Assembly (NCBI RefSeq): GCF_006345805.1
Contig: NC_043007.1
Coordinates: forward strand, 25,916,001-25,980,000
Origin: Octopus sinensis
Lineage: Eukaryota
Direction: 5' to 3'
Length of the DNA stretch: 64,000 nt
Program-made: the position numbers and the translations under genes
The notes under the pieces: model-generated
Databases searched by the model: none
Told to the model about the DNA's origin: nothing
Seen by the model: the letters and a program-made list of their open reading frames with translations, nothing else
Shown here: piece after piece, positions 1 to 12,846 of the stretch
How positions within the stretch are numbered: the first letter of the stretch is position 1
Layout of the letters: every line of letters starts with the position of its first letter

Positions 1-39
1 TATATATATATATATATATATATAATATCTATTATATAT

Positions 40-454
40 AGGCACAGGAGTGGCTGTGTGGTAAGTAGCTTGCTAACCAGCCACATGGTTCCGGGTTCAG
101 TCCCTCTGCGTGGCATCTTGGGCAAATGTCTTCTGCTATAGCCCCGGGCAGACCAATGCCTTGTGAGTGGATTTGGTAGACGGAAACTGAAAGAAGCCTG
201 TCGTATATATGTATATATATGTATATGTATGTATGTGTTTGTGTGTCTGTGTTTGTACCCCTAGCATTGCTTGACAACCGATGCTGGTGTGTTTATGTCC
301 CCGTCACATAGCGGTTCAGCAAAAGAGACCGATAGAATAAGTACTAGGCTTACAAAGAATAAGTCCTGGGGTCGATTTGTTCGACTAAAGGTGGTGCTCC
401 AGCATGGCCGCAGTCAAATGACTGAAACAAATAAAAGAGTAAAAGAGTAAAGAG
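40..454 (+). mobile_element. tRNA-headed SINE, family A (full length)
   Basis: Head with A-box-like TGGCTGTGTGG and B-box-like GGTTCAGTCC, CORE-like GGGCAAGTGTC, internal TA/TG microsatellite, (AAAAGAGT)n tail; more than 15 homologous copies in the window. Confidence 0.85.
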
Positions 455-469
455 TATATATATATAGAT

Positions 470-688
470 CAGTGGTTTTCAACCAGGGTTCCGCGGAACC
501 TTAGGGTTCCACCAGTACAGTCCAGGGGTTCTGCAAGAAGTTACAAAACTGCTAAAATCGGCAGTAATTTTTAAGTCTCCTGTGCAGATATGTGTGCATA
601 AGACTATTAAATTATTGCACAGGGGTTCCTCGAGCCAGTGGAATGTTTCCTTGGGGTTCCGCTCCAGCAAAAAGTTTGAAAAGCACTG
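470..688. mobile_element. hAT (Charlie-like) MITE
   Basis: TIRs CAGTGGTTTTCAAC / TTTGAAAAGCACTG; perfect 8-bp TSD ATATAGAT at 462-469 and 689-696. Confidence 0.9.
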
Positions 689-743
689 ATATAGATCATT
701 AGCCACTACTCCCATTTTTTTCTCTCCTTGTTTTTTTTTCTGT

Positions 744-785
744 GTCCCTTTCTGTAGAAGAGCATAGGCTCGAAACGTAAAAGAC
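744..785 (+). ncRNA. Degenerate type I hammerhead ribozyme in a Penelope-like fragment
   Basis: CTGTAGA (A6 mutated)-A-GAGC/ATAG/GCTC-GAAA-palindromic ACGT-A; stem I gtc(cc)ttt/aaagac. Confidence 0.5.
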
Positions 786-872
786 TTTTTCTATTCCTGA
801 GCGTTATACTAATACATCTGTTAGTTTTGTATACCACCTGTCTTCGTCTTTTGTTTTTTTCGTAAACTCTCC

Positions 873-903
<31 letters not shown>

Positions 904-906
<3 letters not shown>

Positions 907-1090
907 TCATCATCATCATCATCATCGTCGTCGTTTAGCGTCCGTTTTCCATGCTAGCATGGGTTGGACGGTTCTACTGGGGTCTGTGAAGCCAGAAGAC
1001 TTCATCAGGCCCAGTCAAATCTGGCAGTGTTTCTACGGCTGGATGCCCTTCCTAATGCCAACCACTCCGTCAGTGTAGTGGGTGCTTTTA
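904..1090 (-). mobile_element. RTE 3'-end element (family B)
   Basis: Reverse complement of GGAAGGGCATCCAGC...CCATGCTAGCATGG...(TGA)n tail, shared with more than 12 copies. Confidence 0.8.
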
Positions 1091-1287
1091 GTAGTGTAGC
1101 TGGCAATGGGGATGATGAGGGATGGCCCTTTTATGGGAGAGGATCTTTTAGGTCTGCCTGATAAGCCTGTATAGGGAGCAAAGTGAGTGGGTGCAGCAAA
1201 ATCCAGAAGTGCCTCAGGCATCACACTTTGTAGCAATTCCACTGTACAAATGCACACTCACACACACACACACACACACACACACCA

Positions 1288-1320
<33 letters not shown>

Positions 1321-1940
1321 TGTACACATACACACATACACTCATATATGTACATATAGACACATATGTTCTGTATTTACAGTTTGAATTACCACCAGTT
1401 ATTGACATTAAGCAATCAATTATTCTATTGAAAATATAATAGTGACTGCTATGTCACCACCAACACCATCACCATCACCATCAACATAGCCACCGCCACC
1501 TCCACCATCATCAGTATCATATCTACCAACAACAACAACAACACTACAGCCATCGACATAGCCACTATCGCCACCACCATCAACACCATCACTAACAACA
1601 ACAAAAACAACCTCTAGCATAGCTACAAAAACTAAACTACTGTTTTGTTTATTGTTGCTGTCTATATTATTGGGTCGGTGGATCAGAATATAAACATAAG
1701 AACCTGACAGGCCATGTACATGCATATACATATATACATACATATACATACATGCATACACCTACATACATACACACATATATATAAGTATATATATATA
1801 TTCATATGCATATATGCATACACGCATATATATATGTATATATGCAAACATACATATATATATATATATACATATATATACACATACACACCCTCACACA
1901 CATGTACACATATTTGTATATCTGTGAGTCTCTGTGTGTG

Positions 1941-2012
<72 letters not shown>

Positions 2013-2707
2013 GGTGTGGTGTGTGTGGTGTGTATGTTTATGTATGTAAATCTATGTTTATATATAGGCATATACACACACACGCACATATATATGTTTG
2101 CATAACACATACATCATCATCATCATCATCATCATACATACAAACATATTTATTTATATGTACATACACACACACACAAGCACACACATACATACAAACA
2201 CAGTGTGTCAATAAAAGTCTCTTAGGTGTTTGAATATATGAAACAAACACAGGACACATTACCTTAATGATGGAACCTTTGTGTGTGTATGATACATATG
2301 TATGTGTGTATGTGGTTGTTTGCATGTGTGCGTATGTATATAATATGTATATATATATATGTGTGTGTATGTGGTTATGTGTGTCTGTGTGTGACAAGAA
2401 TAGCAGTAAAAAGTCACCCTTTGAAACATTGTATAAATACTTTGCCATGTTCGATGCCACAGAAACCATTTTTCTGCTTCCAGTTCATTGAACATGATTA
2501 TGGCTGGCTTAGTTACAAGAGAACATATAACGGTAACTGTAACATGAGCTGGACGAAATCCAAACAGAAGCGGCGTACCACAACTCAAACATCAACCGTC
2601 ATACACAGACATATATCTGGTGGGCCACTATGTATATACATATAATATATATATATATACATACATACACACACATATATATAATAATATATATACATAC
2701 AACACAC

Positions 2708-2755
<48 letters not shown>

Positions 2756-2787
2756 CACACACTCATGTATACAAATACATATATGTG

Positions 2788-2834
<47 letters not shown>

Positions 2835-3599
2835 TTGGTTGGTTGGTATATCTGTATATACCTGCATATATATATATACACACACACACACAGATATATA
2901 TACATACATATATATATATATATTTACTCACACACATATATATGTATATACACACATATATATATATATATACATATATATATCCATATACATACACACA
3001 CTATATATATATATATATATGTGCAATCATCACCACCACCACTTCTACCCTCACCACCACTAAGTCTACCACTGCCACTACTGCCACCACCACCACTACT
3101 ACCATCATCATTCGTGCCATCACCAATATCACCTTCAACACCCCTAATACTTCTACCACCTCTGCTATCACCAACACTACCATATATATATATATATATA
3201 TTCACACACAAACACATGCATACACACACACATGCATACACACACTCATCATCACCAATGCCAACCCTAATGGTACCATATGAGTGCCACCACCATCACC
3301 AACACCACAATCAATATGAATTCAAATACTACCTTTATGATCACTACCATCATCATCATCATCCTCACCACCACCATCATCATCATCATCCTCATCACCA
3401 CCACCAGTGATGTAAGAGACATCAGTTTCATTGACTGATTCTCCTAGACCTAGCCAATAGCACCAAGAGCATCCACAATAACATCGCCAACAACAACAGC
3501 AACAAGGCTACACTGCCACCACCACCACCACCACCAACAACAACACAAACCTACTAGAAATAGCAGCCTAATCTACCTTGAAACCACACCCTATAAGAA

Positions 3600-4100
3600 T
3601 AGAACATTATTAGATTATGTTGTCAGAGATACTCTGAAAAAAGCACAGGCTTGTCACAGCTTGAATATCTTTGATCATATCATCTGTGCAATGAAGTTTA
3701 CCTCCTTCATTAAGGGGTAAAAAGAGAAACACTCTTCAACATAACTAAGAGTACATCTCAAAGACTAGCATTTCTATTCAGAACCAGAAAGTACTTCAGC
3801 CCCTAGAAACTACCAATGCTTTACAAAATTCATTTGAGAGGCAGCTACTGGTCTAGGCAGGTCCCATGGTGTTGTCACCATCTCCAACACTTAGGCACTG
3901 CCAGCTTCCTGTCCAGCCATGTGGTCAAAGAAATTCCTCTTTCTGATGGAACTGGTGTCTCTGAGCAACTGATATTCTTTGATAATAGTCTTTGATAACA
4001 CATCATGTGACCCACCTTGTCCAATTGCAGCCTGTTTTCTGATAGCCATCTTGAACTTCTTGTATCTCTGTATTTGGCAAGCCAAGCCTGAAAAAGACAG
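3600..4100 (+). pseudogene. Decayed LINE (CR1/L2/Crack-like) RT C-terminal fragment
   Basis: Plus frame reads NITKSTSQRLAFLFRTRKYFSP*KLPMLYK, matching the post-RT region of CR1/L2-group LINEs; stops and frameshifts. Confidence 0.6.
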
Positions 4101-4168
4101 TCCCCTGTTAGGGGCCTGCACAGAACCGAATCAAACAGTTTTAGATAATATATGTGTGTTTGTATATA

Positions 4169-4201
<33 letters not shown>

Positions 4202-4409
4202 TATATGTATGTATTTGAAACGCGGAGTAGCCGAAACAGGGACAACTGAAGAAGGGGAGTATTCCTTGTGTTGTATGTCTTGTACTCAGTTTTTCGTTGT
4301 TTGAAAAAAAGTCTGTTTCCATGTTTTTGTTCTTATGTTTTCATTTCTCATTGTGTTCAACGTTTTTTGGTGTCCTGTACCCATATATGCATGCATATAT
4401 ATATATATC

Positions 4410-4713
4410 ACGTGATCACGTGACTGACCAGACCATCAGATGTTGCTACACATCGCTGGTCACAATGCGTTGGCATTGCTTTAGCCTTCAAATGACGCCA
4501 CCCCGCTGGCTAAGCAAGCAGGCTAACAGACGAAAGAGTGAGAGAAAGAGTGGTGAAAGAGTACAGCAGGGATCACCACCCCCTGCCGGAGCCTTGTGGA
4601 GCTTTTAGGTGTTTTCGCTTAATAAACACTCACAACGCCTGGTCTGGGAATCGAAACCGCGATCCTACGTCCGCAAGTCCGCTGCCCTAACCACTGGGCC
4701 ATTGCGCCTCCAC
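4410..4713 (-). mobile_element. tRNA-headed SINE, family D head with an alternative RTE-like 3' tail
   Basis: Head GTGGAGGCGCAATGGCCCAGTGGTTAGGGCAGCGGAC shared with 6568-6958 and 59872-60258; different 3' half resembling the RTE tail at 48134-48200. Confidence 0.8.
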
Positions 4714-4785
4714 TATATACATATAGATGTAGGTATGTACATATATGTATGTATATATGCATATGTTTATATATTATTTTGTTAT

Positions 4786-4822
<37 letters not shown>

Positions 4823-5226
4823 GAAATACATTAAAAGTCAGTTTGAATCTTGCTTGCTTGCTTGCAATGTTGCAGCTACTGGAATGAGACGATTGGGTGT
4901 GGTCATTTGGATGCTGAAGATTTGGCTTCACTTACTGGACAGTCAACCTGTTTTGGCAACCGTATGTTTTTTTTTTTGGTATAGGAAGTAAACACACACA
5001 CACACGTGTATGCACGTACAGAAATATACACATACAGAGAGAGTGGGAGTGGGGTAGAGAGAGAGAGAGAGAGGGGAAAGAGAAGGTGAGATAGAGGAGA
5101 GTGGGGGTAGGGAGAAAGAGTGACATAACAATTTATTAACTGAACACGATTGGCATAGACACTTTCCCCCTCCTCATACAAAGAGAGGGAGAAGGGGAGA
5201 GAATGAGAGAAACATTAAAACAAAAC

Positions 5227-5345
5227 ATTAAACCTTTTGGTACTAACCCACCTGAAATGGAATCAAATTCTATGATATAAACCTTTTGTCTTAAAATGAT
5301 CTCAGTCAAAATCTTCTGTCAAAGCTTTATGTTTCAAACAACAGC
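5227..5345. mobile_element. piggyBac-like MITE end fragment
   Basis: TTAAACCTTTTGGTACTAACCC resembles the terminus of the MITE at 16816-17408. Confidence 0.4.
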
Positions 5346-5939
5346 TTAATAATGGCAACGCCGGGTCATAGTGCTAGTGCATGCATATACAGCTGCGTGT
5401 GTGCACACATACACACGAGTACTGTCCAAATCTCCGACCAATCACATACAGCTAGCTGGCATTCAATTGGTGTATCAAGTTTCGGGCATTTTGATTGGGT
5501 TTTGGATAGAAAATTCACAAAAAGTCACTTCTATTGATTTTTTAATGGCTTTGTGGGGTGACTAGGGAAACGTAAAGATGTGCACGACCACCCTTGGATG
5601 GTTTTGAATGACCATAGAAAGTGCGAGCGCTCTAACTGAAAAATTGTGGATTTGTATGAAGGACATGCACACACACACACACACACACACACAGACATTT
5701 TGCCGTTTATATATATAGAGATTCTTCACATTTTCAAAACTGACTGAAACTAAAGCAATGTTTTTCAACAGAAATATGATAACAGTAGGTTTAAAACATC
5801 TCGTCAAATAAGTCAGCATCAAATCATTAATGCCAAATAAGTAACACCAAAAACAGCTGTGCCAAAATGTCTCATATCCTGTAGCTACATATACAAGCAT
5901 CATAGACTACATTAAAAAAGGCATTCTGATAGGCTGACA

Positions 5940-6245
5940 GGAAATTTGTCATCAACACACTCTAACCTTTGACCTACATATGTATCTATTATCTCCTCTC
6001 TCTATTCTTTTTGTTATTACTACAATAATCTCAGCTCTTCACATCCACCTGACCTCATGCCATCTACACTCTGGCATTTCTGACACACACATTTCTCCTG
6101 TCTTGTGTCCTACATTGTGTTCTTCACTCCTGTTCTCCTTTCTGCCCAGTTCTTCCTCTCTAGAACATCAGCTCTTTGGATTTCCCTCCTTCCTGCACTT
6201 GTCATGTACCGGGCTTTCAAGATAGACATGAATCTTATTGTTCCC
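5940..6245 (+). pseudogene. LINE (L2/Crack-like) 3' end fragment
   Basis: Frame reads FFLSRTSALWISL...FKIDMN, matching the C-terminal FFxRTxxLWNxLP...FK motif. Confidence 0.6.
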
Positions 6246-6567
6246 TCTAATACTGAAGGAACTGTGAAAGATCATAAACACAGCATCTTCTTTCTGACTA
6301 AATTCGACAGGAACAAAATGAAAAAAATAAGAACATTTTACTATCTAGTTTCCTGGACCAATTGGTTTCTGATTTTAGTTTAGCAAGCAGATAACATTTA
6401 CCCGCTAGGTGAAATCATTCTCAACAGGTACACCTTAGATTAAATATATAAACATGAGGCAATCAACTATGTACCTCTTGTTTATACATTCTAAGTTTTT
6501 CAAAATCTACTGCGCAGATGCAGCCCTTCACCGGCAATAAAAAAATGAGATAAATAAATAGATTTAT

Positions 6568-6958
6568 GGATGGAAGCACTCCGTCGGTTCTGATGACGAG
6601 GGTTCCAGTTGATCCGATCAACGGAACAGCCTGCTCGTGAAATTAACGTGTAAGTGGCTGAGCACTCCACAGACACGTGGTACCCTTAACGTAGTTCTCT
6701 CGGGGATATTCAGCGTGACCACAGAGAGTGACAAGGCCGGCCCTTTGAAATACAGGTACAACAGAAACAGGAAGTAAGAGTGAGAGAAAGTTGTGGTGAA
6801 AGAGTACAGCAGGGATCACCACCATCCCCTGCCGGAGCCTCGTGGAGCTTTAGGTGTTTTCGCTCAATAAACACTCACAACGCCCGGTCTGGGAATCGAA
6901 ACCGCGATCCTACGACCGCGAGTCCGCTGCCCTAACCACTGGGCCATTGCGCCTCCAC
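6568..6958 (-). mobile_element. tRNA-headed SINE, family D (full length)
   Basis: tRNA-like head; 12-bp TSD AAATAGATTTAT at 6556-6567 and 6959-6970; near-identical to 59872-60258. Confidence 0.92.
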
Positions 6959-7035
6959 AAATAGATTTATACACATATATATATTTACTGGAAAGAGCAG
7001 TCGATAATATACAATGCTAAAGTAAAGCTTCACTG

Positions 7036-7066
<31 letters not shown>

Positions 7067-7335
7067 ATATTTCGGAATGGTCATATTGCCAGTTTAGCCA
7101 ATAAATATTTAAACGTATATATATATATATTAAATAAATGTACAACTCAGATGTGGATAATCTAGGAACTAGATTTCAAACTTCCCAAATTATGGCTAGA
7201 TTCATCTATATTTATACTTTAACTTGATATATATATAGTTCAACAAAAATTTAGATTCGAATGAATATGGTACTTAATTTAGATGCACCAGAATTTTGTA
7301 TGGTGTTATCCATAAAAATTTGTGGGGTGATTATA

Positions 7336-7492
7336 ATCAAAATAAGCAACAAGAATGACTCCAGTAATTTGGTACAATTGTTTAGCACTACATCATTTTA
7401 TTAAATGTTTATTTTATTAACATTTAATAAAATGTTGTAGTGCGAAACAATTGTACCAAATTACCGGGGTCATTCTTGTTGCTTATTTTGAT
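7336..7492. repeat. Long palindrome (74-bp arms, 9-nt loop)
   Basis: 7336-7409 is the reverse complement of 7419-7492 with about 4 mismatches. Confidence 0.9.
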
Positions 7493-7502
7493 ATATATAT
7501 AC

Positions 7503-7921
7503 TGGCAAAGATGTTTGTGAGCAGCTAGCATAAAAAATTTCATCTTACCTGTAGGAAGAACATTGAATAAATGTACAGCTCAGATGTGGATAATCTAAGA
7601 CCTAGGTTTTGAACTTTCCAAATTACGTTTGTTAATGTAAATTTGATTAGTTCTCTTTGGCTAGATTCACCTAGATAAAATTTTGAATGTTTCTGCATCA
7701 GTGCCAGTATACTCGTCTGAACACCTGGCCGTTAACAGACCGAGAACAGTGAAAATGTTTTCAAAGAAAAAATTATTAAATAGTGCAATACAGTATTATT
7801 GCTTCCCAGTAAAACAAACCACCATCAAGTTAAAGTATAAATATAGGATAGTGGTACAACAACGCACCAATATCTACTGGAAATAGCAGTTGATAATATA
7901 CAACACTATAGTAATGCTTCA

Positions 7922-7960
<39 letters not shown>

Positions 7961-8135
7961 CAAAGATGTATGTGGGTGGTGAACATAAAACATTTCATCT
8001 TACCTGTAGGAAGAACATTAAATAAATGTACAACCCAGATGTGGATAATCTAGGAACTAGATTTCAAACTTCCCAAATTATGGCTAGATTCATCTAGACA
8101 AAATTCCGAATGTTGCTACATCAGTGCCAGTATAT
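7503..8135. repeat. Decayed local tandem duplication (units starting at 7503 and 7959; partial copies at 6987-7040 and 7131-7210)
   Basis: Repeated blocks GGCAAAGATG...CATCTTACCTGTAGGAAGAACATT...CTAGATTCA...CATCAGTGCCAGTAT. Confidence 0.8.
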
Positions 8136-8243
8136 ATATATATATATACATACATATACTATTTATTTATTATTTAGTACTTTATTTAGTTTTAGGTAAA
8201 TGTTTTATTGTGTCTTTAATTTTTTTCTATATGGTATGATTTA

Positions 8244-8512
8244 ACTCTTTTACTCTTTTACTTGTTTCAGTCATTTGACTGAGGCCATGCTGGAGCACCG
8301 CCTTTAGTCGAGAAAATCGACCCGGGACTTATTCTTTGTAAGCCCAGTACTTATTCTATCAGTCTCTTTTACCGAACCGCTAAGTTAAGGGGACGTAAAC
8401 ACCACATCGGTTGTCAAGCGATGTTGGGGGTACAAACACAGACACCCACCATATACCCACACACACAACACATATATACTATATACGACAGGCTTCTTTC
8501 AGTTTCCGTCTG
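8244..8512 (-). mobile_element. SINE family A, 3' half (truncated by the gap)
   Basis: Homology to 40-454. Confidence 0.8.
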
Positions 8513-8612
8513 NNNNNNNNNNNNNNNNNNNNNNNNNNNNNNNNNNNNNNNNNNNNNNNNNNNNNNNNNNNNNNNNNNNNNNNNNNNNNNNNNNNNNNNN
8601 NNNNNNNNNNNN
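8513..8612. other. Assembly gap (100 N)
   Basis: Run of N. Confidence 1.
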
Positions 8613-8629
8613 CAGATGGACTGATGGAT

Positions 8630-8634
8630 GGATG

Positions 8635-8688
<54 letters not shown>

Positions 8689-8700
8689 CAGATAGACTGC
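8630..8700. repeat. (GATA)n microsatellite
   Basis: Direct inspection; a similar tract lies at 14990-15152. Confidence 0.95.
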
Positions 8701-8978
8701 TATATGTATATATCAATATATGTGTATATCTATATTTATCCATCTATCTATCTATCTATACACACACACACACAATGAGAGAGACAGACAGACAGACAGA
8801 CTGATAGGTACACAGACAGGCAGACACACCGATAGACAAACAGGTAGAAAGTCAGCCAGATTGGCTCTTTTAGTTGGACTCATGTATCACCTGTGAGTGG
8901 TATAAGTGTATGCACCATTTTGCCTTTTTTACTCTCTTTTCCTCCATGTGATATGAATTTAGTACAGATGTTGAAGAT

Positions 8979-9380
8979 AGGCGCAGGAAGCTGCTGAGTG
9001 GTAAGTAGCTTGCTTACTAACCACATGGTTCCGGGTTCAGTCCCACTGCGTGGCACCTTGGGCAAGTGTCTTCAACAATAGCCTCGGGCCAACCAAAGCC
9101 TTGTGAGTAGATTTGGTAGACGGAAACTGAAAGAAGCCTGTCATATATATGTATATACATGTATGTATGTGTGTGTATATATGTTTGTGTGTCTGTGTTT
9201 GTTCCCCCAGCATTGCTTGACAACCGATGCTGGTGTGTTTACGTCCCTGTAACATTAGCGGTTCGGCAAAAGAGAGTGATAGAATAAGTACTAGGCTTAC
9301 AAAGAATAAGTCCTGGGGTCGATTTGCTCAACTAAAGGTGGTGCTCTAGCATGGCCACAGTCAAATGACTGAAACAAGTA
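8979..9380 (+). mobile_element. SINE family A
   Basis: Homology to 40-454. Confidence 0.85.
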
Positions 9381-9651
9381 CATGTGCTGCATAAAATTCT
9401 GAAAGGGACAACTCCTGTAACCCTTTTGATACTATCGTAGGGAGGTTCTTCAGTTTACATGCCCCAGACTCACACAAAAAAAATTTGTATTGCTTACAGC
9501 AAACCCAAAAGTGGTACCATCCCCATAAAAGTACCACCCAGGGAAGACCACCCTTTTCTGTCCCCACCCCACTCTCTAGCTACATTAGTGCCTTTTGATA
9601 TCATCTCAGCTGAGCTAATACCTCTGGTCTTCAATTGAACAATGTTTATAT

Positions 9652-9800
9652 TAAGGTGGAGGGAAGTTGTGGAAGAGGGGAGACCCCCCCCATCCCAACC
9701 GGAAGACGTGGGAGGAAGTATTGGAGGATGATCTCAAAACGTTGAGCTTGACGAAGGAAATGATGGAGGATTGAGGTACGTGATGCATTGCTGTACTCAA
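9652..9800 (+). pseudogene. RTE LINE ORF C-terminal fragment
   Basis: KVEGSCGRG...RKTWEEVLEDDLKTLSLT (GRGRP..TW motif of RTE). Confidence 0.7.
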
Positions 9801-9824
9801 CCCTGGCCAGAAAGCCACACACCT

Positions 9825-10742
9825 TCATAACACACACACACGCACACATATACACACACACACACACACATGCATACACATACATGCAAACGTACAGACA
9901 TACACACACAAATACACACATACATACACAAGCACACACACATACATACGCATAGATACACTCAAACACACACACAAATACGCACACATACATGCAAACA
10001 TACATACATACACACACACATGCACATACACACACAGATACACACAAATACACACATACATACACATGCACACGCACATACGCACATAGATACACTCACA
10101 CAAACACACACATACACATACACACACACACATAAGCACACATACACACACACATACATACACATGCACACACACATACACACATAGATACACTCACACA
10201 AACACACACATACACATACACACACACACATAAGCACACATACACACACATATACATACACATGCACACACACATACACACATAGATACACTCACACAAA
10301 CACACACATACACATACACACACACACATAAGCACACATACACACACATATACATACACATGCACACACACATACACACATAGATACACTCACACAAACA
10401 CACACATACACATACACACACACATATGCACACACATATACATACACATGCACACACCAACACACACACATAGATACACTCACACAAACACACACATACA
10501 CATACACACATAAGCACACATACACACACATATACATACACATGCACACACACATAGATACACTCACACAAACACACACATACACATACACACACACACA
10601 TAAGCACACATACACACACATATACATACACATGCACACACACATACACACATAGATACACTCACACAAACACACACATACACATACACACACATATATG
10701 CACACACATATACATACACATGCACACACCAACACACACACA
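9825..10742. repeat. Compound CA-rich minisatellite with about 98-bp higher-order period
   Basis: Anchor CATAGATACACTCACACAAAC recurs; identical ORF starts at 10095, 10193, 10291 and 10389. Confidence 0.9.
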
Positions 10743-10875
10743 GAAGACTAAAATACCTAGAAATCCTGCTGATTTTGAAAGTTTTAAGCTCTAAATCCTG
10801 CAACATCACAGTGCTACCCGTGATAAATCTCTCTGTCAACGAACTCTCCACTGTTTTTACAATATGCCACCACAC

Positions 10876-11000
10876 CCTCTCTCCCTTCTCCACCTCTCTC
10901 CCTTCTCCACCTCTCTCCCTTCTCCACCTCTCTCCCTTCTCCACCTCTCTCCCTTCTCCACCTCTCTCCCTTCTCCACCTCTCTCCCTTCTCCACCTCTG
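10876..11000. repeat. 17-bp tandem repeat (CTCTCTCCCTTCTCCAC)n
   Basis: About 7 direct copies. Confidence 0.9.
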
Positions 11001-11112
11001 TCTTTCTCTCTCCTATTTCTTTCATTATTTCATTCTCAAATCCTGTATAAATCCCTGATTTTTCACCTACACAAATTCTATAGAACACATTTCTTTCTTA
11101 CTCTTTGCCTCA

Positions 11113-11163
<51 letters not shown>

Positions 11164-11166
<3 letters not shown>

Positions 11167-11522
11167 TCATCATCATCATCATCATCATCGCTCAACGTCC
11201 GTTCTCCATGCTAGCATGGGTTGGACGGTTCGACTGAGGATCTGGGAAGCCAGAAGGCTGCACCAGGCTCCGGTCTTATCTGGCAATGTTTATACAGCTG
11301 GATGCCCTTCCTAACGCCAACCACTCCGTGAGTGTAGTGGGTGCTTTTTACGTGCCACCTGCACTGGTACCAGGCGAGGCTGGCATCGGCCACAGTCGGA
11401 TTGGTGCATTTTACGTGCCACTTGCACGGAAGCCAGTCGAGGCGGCACTGGCTTCGGCCACGATTCGGATGGTGTTTTTTACGTGCCACCGACACGGAAG
11501 CCAGTCGAGGCGGTGCTGGCAT
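11164..11522 (-). mobile_element. RTE 3'-end element (family B)
   Basis: Family B homology with (TCA)n on the + strand. Confidence 0.8.
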
Positions 11523-11537
11523 TGGCCAATATATTTA

Positions 11538-11942
11538 CTCTTTTACTCTTTTACTTGTTTCAGTCATTTGACTGCAGCCATGCTGGAGCACCGCCTTTAG
11601 TCGAGCAACTCGACCCCAGGACTTATTCTTTGTAAGCCCAGTACTTATTCTATCGGTCTCTTTTGCCGAACTGCTAAGTTACAGTGACGTAAACATACCA
11701 GCATCGGTTGTCAAGCGATGTTGGGCGGGACAAACACAGGCACACAAACATACATGCACACACCACACATATATATATATACAATATATCGACGGGTTCT
11801 TTCAGTTTCCATCTATCAAATCCACTCACAAGCTTTTGGTCGGCCTGAGGCTATAGTAGAAGACACTTGCCCAAGGTGCCACGCAGTGGGACGAACCCAG
11901 AACCATGTGGTTAGTAAGCAAGCTACTTACCACACAGCAGCA
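11538..11942 (-). mobile_element. SINE family A
   Basis: Homology to 40-454. Confidence 0.85.
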
Positions 11943-12524
11943 CTCCTGTGCCTATTATATATATAAAATATATATTAATAGTAACGGTAAGACAACAAAA
12001 GAATGAAAAGACCATGATATTATGAAATGAGCAATTTATCTGTAATATAATGTGTGACAATTATTTCGTTGCCATAATAAGACTCTAGAGTTTTCGGATG
12101 TTGGAGGCGGAAACCTGCTCTGGCATCTCATCATTATCGATTATCGAGGCAATCAAAATAGCACCGAATAATTGTCCATAATTATATTACAGATATATAT
12201 ATATAATATATATATATATTATACATGACTCTGCAGTGCTGCTGGACTTTGCCAAGAAACCTTGTGAGTGGATTTAGTAGGCAGAAACTGAAAGAAGACT
12301 GTCATTGCAATGTGTGTAGTGATATATATATATATATATGTAATCTATATAGATATATATATATATATACGATATATATCTATATATGTATGTAATATAT
12401 CTCTATATATATATATCTATATATATATATATACTATACAATATATATATTATATATATATATTATATATATATATGTGTGTGTGTATAGTATGTATATA
12501 TATATATATATCTGATATAGAATA

Positions 12525-12558
<34 letters not shown>

Positions 12559-12687
12559 GGTACATATATATATATCTATATATATATATATATAATATTA
12601 TAATATATATATCATATATATATATATATAATGTATATATATAATGTGTGGTGTGTATGTATGTATATAGATCTATATATTATATAT

Positions 12688-12718
<31 letters not shown>

Positions 12719-12797
12719 GTGTGTGTGTATGTATTATATATATATATAGTATTATATATATAATATGTATATATATTATTGTGGGTGTGTGTATGTA

Positions 12798-12846
<49 letters not shown>

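Noticed and set aside
1714-3410. YI/HT/CV-rich ORFs here and at 9646-10741, 12310-13884, 21410-22032 and 24171-25190
   Set aside because: Translations of (TA)n, (CA)n and (TATG)n repeats.
3891-4121. Exon-like minus ORF (MQAPNRG...) with a good acceptor
   Set aside because: It is the antisense of a decayed LINE RT fragment on the plus strand.
4216-4270. Hammerhead at GAAAC...CTGAAGAAGGGG
   Set aside because: Core halves are in an order and spacing that cannot form stems I-III; probably a PLE-like fragment, but unsupported as a ribozyme.
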